A stretch of 64,000 nt of DNA from Bugula neritina (Eukaryota; Animalia; Bryozoa), in contig OZ037769.1 of NCBI GenBank assembly GCA_964035545.1, forward strand, positions 11,376,633 through 11,440,632, given 5' to 3'. The position numbers were made by a program, and so were the translations under genes. The notes under the pieces are model-generated. The model was not told where the DNA came from, ran no database searches, and worked only from the letters and a program-made list of their open reading frames with translations. Shown here one piece after another: positions 13,501 through 23,864 of this stretch. Position 1 is the stretch's first letter; each line of letters opens with the position of its first letter.

Positions 13501-16500
13501 AATGGTGAGTCTTACACTTGGCATACTAGTAGATACTGATCATAGATTGCTTTTTACATGCTTCTCTTGGAAATACCAACTTCTACTGTTCCCTAATCAT
13601 TCAGTTTATAGCTATTCTACAGACCAGAGCTTCATGTACATATCGCATTTCTCTTGTAACCATTTTTTCACATTTAGGCTCTTTTCAGCATTTTTGAGCA
13701 CATTAGGGCAACTATTAGCACATTTTAGCACATTTCTGCTTTTTTGGGCACGTGCTGAGGTGCCCAAACGTGCAGAAATGTGCTAATACTTTAGCATATT
13801 TAGGCCCTAAATGTGTTAAAAGGTGCCTCCGTGTGCTAGAACTGCCTAAATGTGCTGACAAATGCTCAAAAGTACCCAAATGTGCCAAAAAGTGCAGAAA
13901 TTTGCTAAATGTGTTAATAGGTGCTGATAGTTGCCCTGATATGCTCAAGGTGCTGAAAAGAGCTTAAATGAGCAAAAATGGACCAGGTGTTCTAACAAGT
14001 GCCCTAATGTGCTCAAAAGTGCCCAAATGTGCCAAAATGTGCTTAAATGTGTTAAAAGAGCCTAAATATGCTAAATTAGCACATTTTAGCACTTTTTGGC
14101 ACATTTGGGCACTTTTGACCTTTTGTCAGTACATTTAGGCAGTTCTAGCACGCTAGGGCACCTTTTAACCCATTTGGGCACTTTCCAGCACTTTTCAGTA
14201 CATCAGGGCAACTATTAGCAAATTTAGCACATTTTTGCACTTTTTGGCACGTTTGGGCATTTTTCAGCACCTTTCAGCACACTGGGGCAACTATTAGCAC
14301 ATTTAGCCCATTTTATATTTTCTTCATTGTAGAATATCCAATAAGTCTGTATTGAAAAATGTACTTGTTGTGGGTTTTTCGTGTAGGTTTGTGAAGCGGA
14401 TCAGAAGTTCAATCAACTGATATATTTCCTGAAGCAGAACAAGACCTCCAAACACATTGTGTTTTTTAGTACCTGTGCCTGCGTGGAATACTTCTCTAAG
14501 GCTATGCAGAGGTAGTTTATCACTCATGTTAATACTAGTAACTGAGGCTATGTTTATCACTCATGTTAATACTAGTAACTAAGGTTATGTTTATCACTCA
14601 TATTAATACTAGTAACTGAGGCTATGTTTATCACTCATGTTAATACTAGTAACTAAGGCTATGTTTATCACTCATGTTAATACTAGTAACTAAGGCTATG
14701 TTCATTACTCATGTTAATACTAGTAACTGAGGCTATGTTTATCACTAATGTTAATACTAGTAACTAAGGCTATGCAGAGTTAATTTCTCACTCATGTTAG
14801 CCACTACATTAGTAACTAAATCTGATTTATCTTAAAGTTGTGGAAAACTAGCGTAGATAATGTAAGCTGGATGTATTTTCTGTAGAGAAAAGCAGTTAGC
14901 ATCTAAAACATTTGCTTGGCATTTTGTTAAAATCATTCCTATTCCAGCATTCAAATAATGGGGTGTAAAATTTACATAATATGTATAGATTTAATAGCTA
15001 GTGAATATGATAGGTAGAAAGTTGAAGTTTTTTTAATAGTCTGAGTCAGGGTTGGGGTCAATTACATGTGAATGTAATTAATTACAATTACAATTACATC
15101 AAAATTGGTCAATTACAATTACAATTATAATTACAGGTAAAAAGTAATGTAATTCATTACAATTACATGGCAATGTAATTAATTACAATTACAATTACTT
15201 TTGTTCTTACAAGCAATAAATAGAAATTATGCAAGCTCCCTTATAGTATCCAAATACCAGGGGCAATTTTGACAGGGGTGAACCTCCTTTGTTCTCAACA
15301 GTGATACTATACTACCTAGACCAGTGGTTCCCAATCTTTTTCATACTATTCCCCCTTTCATAAATGTTGACTATTAATTACCCCCCATTCAAAGAGCGAA
15401 AAGATTTTATGACTTACTGAATGAGAATATATGATACAATGCAATATATTTTGTTCTATTATATTTGCATATAGTATATAATTATCATAATAGTAATATT
15501 ATCATTATTTTTGTGTTATAAAACACAGAGCAGTTCAAATATTAATGTTATGGCTTCAGTTGATGCTTTTGTGCCAGCTTGCTTAAGCCTGGCTCTGTTT
15601 ATGACCAGCCCCATCTTAAATCACCCTGCGGGTAAAGGTAGTTTCTCTTCTCTTTGAATTGATGAGAATCCTACCTCACACGGATAGGCGGTGCTGGATG
15701 GCACCAAAACTCTGCTTTGTCAGCTATGTGTGGGAAGAGTTTGCTTGTAGAAACCCAGAAATACTTTAGGGAAAAATGGCGCATGTAAAAATGTTAAACT
15801 TTTCCAAACTCAAACCCCGACCCCCCTAACTCAAACCCCCACCCCCAAACTCCAGAACCTCAAGTACAAACCTAAAATCCTCACCTCAAACCCTGTTTAA
15901 AACTCCAAACCCTCACCCCAACATTGAAGACATGTGCCATTTTACCTACTTTTCTATTTGTGCCCTTATTACTTGTACCGTTTCTACTGGACACCACCCA
16001 CAATCCATCAGTTGGAGAAGATTTCAAATCATCATTCATTGCTGAATTGTGAACCAACTCAATGAAATTCTCCTACGATTCCTCTAAAAACTGTTTAAGA
16101 AAGCGTTGCAATGGGTCACATTTGAAGCTAAGAGTCTAACTTTTTCTTTTTGGGAGGTAGCTCAGAGAAATACCGTTAAAACTTCATTAACAGTTCAGAA
16201 ATGAGAACAGGGAGAACAGGTGGTGTCCGGTAAAAATGGCGCAAGTAAAAATAGCCTTATTGGCACAAACAGAAAATTAGATAAAAAGGGCACATTTTCA
16301 ACTTTAGCTTTGAAGATTTGAATTGGGGGTTAGGTATTCAGATTGGGGAGTTTGAAGGTTTGGGAAAATTTAACACCAGTGTGCGATTTTTATCTGTGCC
16401 ATTTTTGCTTAAAATTGGAACAGGTTCTTCTCCTATCAAAGTTCATTGAGTGTGTGGAAAGACACCATGTTTTTGACAGAAACACCACCACTTTAGTGTA

Positions 16501-19500
16501 ACTTTGAAAACATTGCTGCTGCTAATGAAAAGCAATGATATGATGATTGCACTCCTGCATTTTTAGGTTCAGACTATTTAGTGTAGCAAATATATTCACT
16601 AGGTATGTAGTATACAATTTATAGAAATTGACTTGCATGGCTGCTAAAAGTTGGCCTCTTGCTTTTTGCAAATTTTTTGACCTTCATTAGAAATAGCGCA
16701 GAAAACAGTTAGGGTAGAGTAATTAATAAACACATTCATGTAGAAGTAAACAGAGATTGCAAAATATGGTTTGGTTAAATAAATGAACTAAGATGAAGAT
16801 TTATAAATATGCATAATTGCATATATACTTATGTAATGTGCAAGAGCTCAAAAAGCCTTCAACAGAGTGCGGGAATTTTTCAAAATCCAAATTCTTCCCT
16901 AAAATGTCCAAATTCCCCCCTAGGGTGAACTTCCCCCAGGTTAGAAACCACTGACTTAGACCTAATCTGAACTTGTTATTTAACAGTAGGCATGGTAGAA
17001 AAAGTAGGAAATTTTTAAGATTTTGAAGTAATTGATATGTAATTATAAAGTAATTGTAAAAATCAATTACATTAGCAATGTAATTAATTACAATTACAAT
17101 TACATTTTTAGACATCAATTACAAATTACATTCAATTACTTGAAAAAATGTAATTAATTACAATCAATTACAATTACAAATTACAATTACCCCAACCCTG
17201 GTCTGAGTTCCTTCACTCCTACTGTGAAAAGTTGTCTGATAACGAAATAATGTAGTTACGTTTCAAATCCAACTCCAAACCACAAATTATAGACCCAAGC
17301 TAAGCAAAACTCTATTATAGTATAGTATAGTGTTATAGTACACACTCTTGGTTTTCAGTATACTGCCTAAATCTATTGAAGTGATACCCATTCACGGTAA
17401 AATGAAGAAGAAGCGTCACAAAGTGTTTGATAGATTCTGCGCCATGCAAAGGTAAAAATCTTGAAGTATCCAATTGATCATAGAGTATTCAGTATATAAA
17501 TCTGTACGGTCCATTTAATTTTTTTTTTAAATCTTGTGATTACCTATTAAATGTGTCATTTTTCAATTGTTAATGTGTACTGGCATTAGAGTTAATCTAA
17601 GTTGTGATTGCAGTGTAATATTATACCCAGCATACACTAACACGTAATAACACTACTCAACGCTGCCCAATACTGATACTGCTCATGTTTTACTAGAAAA
17701 AATATATATGTATTTACCAAGAAAAGTTCCATGTTTGGCACATGTGGTAGCACAAAAGGTTATAGCTTATTCAGACGGTCAACGAACTAGACGAATAGCG
17801 GACCTAACAAATGAAATTTGTCGTGTCTGAATAAACTATTGTGGCTTAGAAGATTTGCTACAAGACACTGTATGATAATAGCTGACAGTTGGATGCCATA
17901 TTGTATTTAGTTATATGTAGCTTCTATGTCAGAGGTGATGTATAGCATTTGTTTTCAGTTTTTGTGTAATGTGTGTATAATATGCTGTTGTTTATGGTTG
18001 TATATAGTGGTGTGTTGGTTTGCACAGATGTAATGGCAAGGGGAGTGGATATACCTAATATACACTACGTCCTACAGTATGACCCTCCCAGTCAAGCTAG
18101 GTCCGTATATCTTACCAGTGTATCCCTTACCAGCTTTTATATCTTGATACATTGTTGTGAATTTCCGTGTGCCGTATTCAGGAGGTATTTAGATAAAAGA
18201 GATGTAAAGTAGGGTAGGGCATAGGTGAGCCCACTAAGCTTGAAAGTAAAGGATTTGAAGAGGGAATTAGCTCGTAGGTGCATTGGAAGTCTCACTTCAA
18301 TGTAAAGACATCTTTCTGTCAGCCCTATGCTAGAGATCTAATTGGGAATATAAGCTGCTTGACAGTTATAAGAATATAACTTTCAAATATGCTTTACTGA
18401 AGGACGAGTGCCATTACATTTCTATATACAGTTATAATAGGTTAACTTAGTTGTGCAATGTAGGCACACTTCTTTCTCTGCTACTGAAGAATGTATTACT
18501 TGCCATTTTAATTAAACTAATATATATTATACTATGCATTGTGACACTAGCTAAAAAGTTTGTAATATTAGTTTTCCTCAAATTTTTATATGCTAAATTT
18601 GTCACGCTCTTATTTCTAGCTCATTTATACACCGGTGTGGTAGAACAGCGCGGATTGGTAATGAAGGAAAAGCCATAGTATTCTTATTACCATCTGAAGA
18701 TACATATATACATTTCATAGCTATTAACCAGAAGGTCACTATCGGTGAGATGAAGTGTATACCAGATGTTGCTAACTCTGTATCCAAACTGAAGAAACTG
18801 TGCATTAAAGACAGGTTTGTATTTTGTTATATATGCATTCCGTGTGCACCCATGGTCTACTTGTTAGAGCACTGGCCTAATAAGCGGTAGGTCAGTGGCT
18901 GAAATCTCAACAGAGCTATCAGATCACAATTGTACCTCTACTATAGTAAAAGTCTTCAAAACCATGTTTTCATAATTGGTCATAGTTGTGGGGTCTACTT
19001 ATGTATATTAGTACTAATATAACTGTGTATACTAATAATAAATACTTATTTCATAACTGTTTTAGTTTAATTGCAATATTAAAAGTCTTTATATAAAAAC
19101 AAACCATTGCAAAACTTTGTAAACCTTTCTCTAGTTCTAGCATCTTCCTACTCTATGACTCATGTACTCTATGACTCCGGTACTGGATGACTCATGTACT
19201 CTGACTCGTACTCCACGAACTCATGCCCTCTGACTCATGTTCTCCATGACTCATACTCCCTACTCTCATGGCTAATAACACATGCTTATTCTGACAGGGC
19301 CATGTATGAGAAATCTCTCCAAGCCTTCGTTTCATTTGTTCAAAGCTATGCCAAACATGAGTGTCACCTAATATTCCGATTTAAAGGTTAGTCTTTCACC
19401 AGTTTCCTTATAGTGTACATACTATTATTTTAGTAATTCTTAATTTATGAGCTATGTTGGTTGTTATTTTTACGCTATAGGATATCAACCAAACTTTTCT

Positions 19501-22401
19501 GTTGTGAACAAGATTTTAGCATTTTGGAAAAAGTTTAAGATTTTTTGTCATTCAACAATTTTTTGTGGAAAGTTTGAAGCTTCAGCTTTGCGTGTATGCA
19601 TTCTAAATTATGTTCTACAATATAAATAAATGAAAATGCAGTTTAAAATATATCATTGAGTATAATTTAACGTTAACCAATATATGTGATAATTTTGGCC
19701 TTGTGCTTTATTAAGGAATTTGTTTATCTGAAACACAAGTAATTATGCTGGTTCAACAGAGTGTAAGGGAATGAACAATAATTCTTCTAACAGCATTTGT
19801 TAAAAATGCCAAGAAGCAAAATACTTTCAAGATTCAATCAGAAATTCTATTTATTTTATGTCAAGTCATTTTATTTAAAGCAAAACAAATGCATTTCAAT
19901 AAATAGTACTTATATAAGACATTATGTAATAACCATAATAATATTCTATTACATGTATGTAATACCACTTCATGTAATATAATTGTGCAAAGCTGCTGAA
20001 AATTTAAAATTGTAATTCAGCTTGAACATCTGATGATATTTGCCAAAACTCCATTTGAAGCAGTTGCTAACCAGCTTATTGTCAACAACCAACAATGTTA
20101 TTAAGTAGATAATTTCTTAATTGTAATCCTACAACTGTGTTAACGTATAGTTATTAGTAATTTATGTAGCAACTCCATAAATACAACTATAGAAGCTGTA
20201 ATTTTAATTATATGACTCTAGTTTAAGCCGTTTCAAAGTATTGCAAGTGTATCATTTATACTATTCTCTTTACAAGTCTAATACTATGCTCTATTTTTAG
20301 ACCTGAATGTGGCTGCATTAGCCAGAAGCTTTGGTTTGCTTCATCTACCTTCTATGCCAGAACTAAAAGGAAAGACAATACCAGATTTCATTCCAGAAAA
20401 CATTGTCTACGAGGATATACCATATCTGTACGTTCAGTATTATCACTAGACAGTCTAGAGTCTAGACTTTAGTATAGCTGGGGGTAGAAGAGTTTATATT
20501 CAGCAGTATCAGTACCCAGATTAGACTTGAGTGTAACTAGGGGTACATGCTGGCAGCAGCTACATCATTTATAGATGTTTTAAGTGTCCTTTCGTAGATG
20601 CAGAATAAAGTAGTGATATGCTGTCTCTATCACATCTACACTGCCTCTACAACTCAACTTATGTATCAAGGGGGGTGTAAATATACAGGAGTCTTAGATG
20701 TGGCCTTAGATGTTCACATTTGTTTTGGTGTTGAGTATACTGAACTGTAGACAAACCTTTCACATTGACACATGAAGAGAAAGTTGAAATGGAATTTGCA
20801 ATAAATGGTTGAATTTGCAAAGTAGACAAGCTGTAGTAAAGTTCTATGAATAATAGTTATATTTACCTTTAGAGACAAAGTTCGGGAACAGGGTAGACAA
20901 GAGAAACTAAAACTTATAGCTGAAGGAAAACTTGAAAAGAAAAAAAAGAAATTCAACCCGAAAAATAAACCCTGGTCAGAGCAAAAAGAGATGAAAACAA
21001 ACCGCAAGGTAAATTAGCTCTCTATATTTAGTATGAAGGGGCGTGTTGTTTGCTATAGTATATTTGATAACAGGCTATCTCTGTCTAGCTCTTTGTTATC
21101 TTGCTCAGGCTATTTATAGAGTGACTTTCAGTAGAGGGGGTGGGGGTAATCTGACTCTCTAACATGAGGGATATAGCCTCGGTTTCCTAGCATTAGCACT
21201 GCTAATCTTAATTTGATTGTCAGTATGGTTAATTTACCTCTGGCATTGCTAATTTCTTCTTCAGACAACTTATTTTTGGAAGCAGTACATTTGACTTTGA
21301 TGGTTAATACTATTTGTAAATAATAATAATTGAACATTTTAATGCATTTTATGTAAAGTAAATGATGGAGTTAAAAGATAGTTCTTTGCTACATCAAAGT
21401 GCTATAATTCAGCAAATCATTTAGTAGTTTATAGTGCATCTACATTCACTTTACAACCGTGAACCGATCCCACATTGGACTAATTAATCTTCAATCTTTG
21501 TGAACAAAAAAATGTTAAATTATTTGTAATGCAGCACTAGCATTAAAATTGTACCTGTATTTTGCAGTAGCCTAAAACTGAATAAAATTTTATTTCAATT
21601 TATATTCAAATAAAATTTGTATAATTTTATACAATAAGTCATATAGCGTAATTCTTCAATTTTAAGGTACTCTAGTTTTGAGGTTATTTTACAATATTAG
21701 TCATTATTTGCATACCTTGTGGTTTGAAGGAGCGAAGAGAGAAAAGAAAACTGGCTAAAGAAAGGAAGCGTAAAGCTCAAGATATCACCGAAGAAGAAAT
21801 GGATGATTTAAACAAAGACACCTCTTTAATAAAGAAGTTAAAAAAGAAAAAGGTTAGCGTTTCCAGGTTGTTTATTTGTAGGTGTTGGAGTTGAGTGAGC
21901 AGGTGCTAGGTGACAGACAACGTTTGAACTTTTTCCTTTTTAAAAGCCATTTCTCTGATCAAAATGAATAGATGTGTTAGAGTTTAGAATATATAGCTAC
22001 TAGTGTGCTTGTATTTATGTGTGCTGGTGATGTACCAAGACGTTATTTCAATTTACAAGGGCGGCATGTATTTACTAACAGAGGTTAAATTTACTCTGGG
22101 ATAGTTAAGTAGCTAATGCCAGTGTTTGAGCACATTAACTCGCATTCATATCTCATCTGAGTATGTTTAAAAATATTTTTGAATTATGTCAGTCAATAAA
22201 TAGTTATTATAAAATTAAAATGTTTCATGAAAATGTTTTTGACATTTCAAATGTTTTAGTGCTTTACAAATAATTTATTATCATACTGCTTACTCTATTT
22301 CTTTATTATTTTGTTAAACTAAACAATGAATTGCTTGTCCTTAATTTTAGATTTCAGCTGAAGAATTTGATGTCAAGTTTGAAGAGAAAGAAGTGCCATG
22401 A
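10545..22401 (+). CDS. DDX55: ATP-dependent DEAD-box RNA helicase DDX55 (Spb4 orthologue), about 15 coding exons
   Basis: Approximate exons: 10545-10652, 11144-11281, 11875-12028, 12553-12646, 12921-12976, 13315-13504, 14388-14511, 17360-17451, 18009-18100, 18620-18814, 19299-19387, 20302-20427, 20873-21008, 21730-21852, 22351-22401. Motifs: [98 protein letters not shown], and C-terminal KKLKKKKISAEEF. Confidence 0.95.
11337..11517 (+). mobile_element. tRNA-derived SINE, copy 2 (DDX55 intron)
   Basis: GGTTAGAGCACATGGCTTAGTAAG...GTGGGTTTGAGCCCCAG...GAGCATCCAGTCATAATTGCTCCTGTGCCAC...GACTATAAACTT; colinear with 2985-3170. Confidence 0.75.
13665..14310. repeat. Foldback repeat of about 10-bp TGTGCYAAAA / TTTRGCACA units
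   Basis: AAATGTGC-type units at about 13760-14073 switch to their reverse complement GCACATTT at about 14076-14310. A further GCACATTT-orientation block lies at 13665-13750. Confidence 0.75.
14516..14774 (+). repeat. 37-bp minisatellite, 7 copies
   Basis: Unit TTTATCACTCATGTTAATACTAGTAACTRAGGCTATG, starting 4 nt into the intron after DDX55 coding exon 7. Confidence 0.95.
15771..15995 (-). mobile_element. Short interspersed repeat inserted in the transposase remnant (copy A)
   Basis: Its reverse complement begins GGTGTCCAGTAGAAACGGTACAAGTAATAAGGGCACAAATAGAAAAGTAGG, matching copy B at 16222. It has an internal AACCC-rich tract. Confidence 0.65.
16222..16408 (+). mobile_element. Short interspersed repeat (copy B, inverted relative to copy A)
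   Basis: GGTGTCCGGTAAAAATGGCGCAAGTAAAAA...GGCACAAACAGAAAATTAG...GGGGTTAGG...TGCCATTTTT. Confidence 0.65.
18865..19000 (+). mobile_element. Degenerate tRNA-derived SINE, copy 3
   Basis: GTTAGAGCACTGGCCTAATAAG...CAGATCACAATTGTACCTCTAC...AAAACC; diverged match to copies 1 and 2. Confidence 0.45.
19150..19262 (+). repeat. About 17-bp degenerate tandem repeat
   Basis: TACTCTATGACTCATG-like units, about 6 copies. Confidence 0.8.
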
Positions 22402-23248
22402 CACTCATGTCTAGACATGTTTGTATTCTCTCACTCACTCAGTCTAGCAAGTGCCAAGTTCAACATGCATACACAACATGCATACACACATACATACATA
22501 CACAACATGCATACACGCTTGCATTATAATGCTTATTTAATTCTCTTTTTTTTCAAATTTTATAGATCTGCTGTATGTCTTGAAATAAATTCCTGCGAGT
22601 GATGCATTGTAAAAATATTATTAGCTTCTCAATAAAATATAAATATTAAAGTGTAAACATGTTGTTTCAGTCTGTCTTCTCCCTACTATTTGCATTTTTC
22701 ATTTCGAAAACTTAATTTTAAATTTTGTCCATGGGATAAAAATCTGAAGGGTCATAATCTTGAAAAACTATACTGATGAAATAAACTTGGTTAGTGAAAG
22801 ATGAAGCAACATGAGTCTAGGTAAATCTGAGATCCACCTTGGCTTACACTGTGTATACACCGTCATCTTTTCTAGGCATTTATTAAAGCATGCCTAAAGC
22901 TGTTTATTTAACTTGCCTTCCATATTTAGTATAACGTTTACAGAAAACGTATAACGGCTTCTTATGCAGGTCTACAGCAGTCTAGGTGAAAAGGAAAGTG
23001 TGAACAATGACCAGTAATATTTACTTATAAAGAATTGTGCAGTGAAAGTATACTTTCAGCAATTGTGATCATTGTTTTGAAATAAGTAGTAAATCATGAT
23101 ATTAATATAGTATATAGTCATTACAATTTATTAACAGCTCTTCAAGATACATCTCGCAGCGGCTATTGTCTTTGCAGAATGCCAAGGGCAAGAAAAACTT
23201 GCAGTTCATTGGATATAATTATTATACGCGGCAGGTTTGTCATGTCAC

Positions 23249-23268
23249 TCACGTGGTCATCATGTGAC
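23249..23268 (+). promoter_or_regulatory. Paired E-box/M-box (CLEAR-like) sites upstream of the CPVL non-coding first exon
   Basis: TCACGTGG (23249-23256) and TCATGTGAC (23260-23268), about 35 nt before a donor AAG/GTTAAGT at 23300/23301. Confidence 0.45.
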
Positions 23269-23864
23269 AGTTAAAGCGTGATTCAGTTTCGACGCGGAAG
23301 GTTAAGTTTTTGGTAAAGGTAATTCTAAAATAAGATTTTGGTGACACTCAAACGTTAATTTTACTACCTACCATTGATTTTTTTTACAGCAACGGTTAGT
23401 TCTCAAAAGTAGAATTTTTAAGCATACGCTTTACATTTTTGTTAATATATTATCAAGTGTAATACCAACATTATCGTCAAATTCAAATCCGAAATCGCCA
23501 TCGGTCGGGTTAGATTTTTTATTTTTAATATAAATATAAACTTTAATTTTACCCAATTTAATTTAATGCGCATTGCTATTAAATTAAGATATGAGCTAAT
23601 ATGAAATATCTAATATAAAGTATAACTGTCATTGTTGATATGTAATTAAAAGTGCATTTTAGTCCCTAAAGCTAAATATTTTTATTATATCAAATTCAAT
23701 GTCATGGTGATTATCATTAAATAATCATTATCCTCTACTCTAGGCTCTAAGTCTATCAGTATGGTTATGATTATTATTTTTTAATTTTGATTTTGTCCTG
23801 TAAAGAAAGTCACACGGATACGCTGTTGGCTAAATTGAATAGTGTCTTGTTTATTGTTGTAGGA

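Larger units (their letters stand above)
15322..16953 (-). mobile_element. Nested Charlie/Buster-type hAT element with decayed transposase C-terminus
   Basis: Ends CAGTGGTTCCCAA...TTAGAAACCACTG, flanked by ACCTAGAC / ACTTAGAC (7/8 TSD). Minus-strand remnants, with stops and frameshifts: [69 protein letters not shown]. These resemble the hAT dimerisation region (TYxCExGFS). Confidence 0.8.
15047..17200. mobile_element. Non-autonomous hAT DNA transposon (composite) in a DDX55 intron
   Basis: TIRs CAGGGTTGGGGT...ACCCCAACCCTG. Perfect 8-bp TSD GTCTGAGT at 15039-15046 and 17201-17208. Subterminal arrays of AATTAC/GTAATT at both ends. Confidence 0.92.

Noticed and set aside
13752-13967. Cys/Lys-rich metallothionein- or toxin-like ORF
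   Set aside because: It arises from the 10-bp-period foldback repeat inside a DDX55 intron.
14516-14774. Possible CRISPR-like array of 37-bp repeats
   Set aside because: Units are head-to-tail with no spacers, the context is a eukaryotic intron, and there are no cas genes.
18101-18135. U12-type donor (GTATCCCTT) in DDX55
   Set aside because: It does not match the GTATCCTT consensus, and protein continuity uses the upstream GT at about 18101.
23787-23864. N-terminal extension of the CPVL ORF in the ORF track
   Set aside because: It is intronic sequence upstream of an acceptor (TTGTTGTAG, about 23862); the signal peptide starts at ATG 23865.
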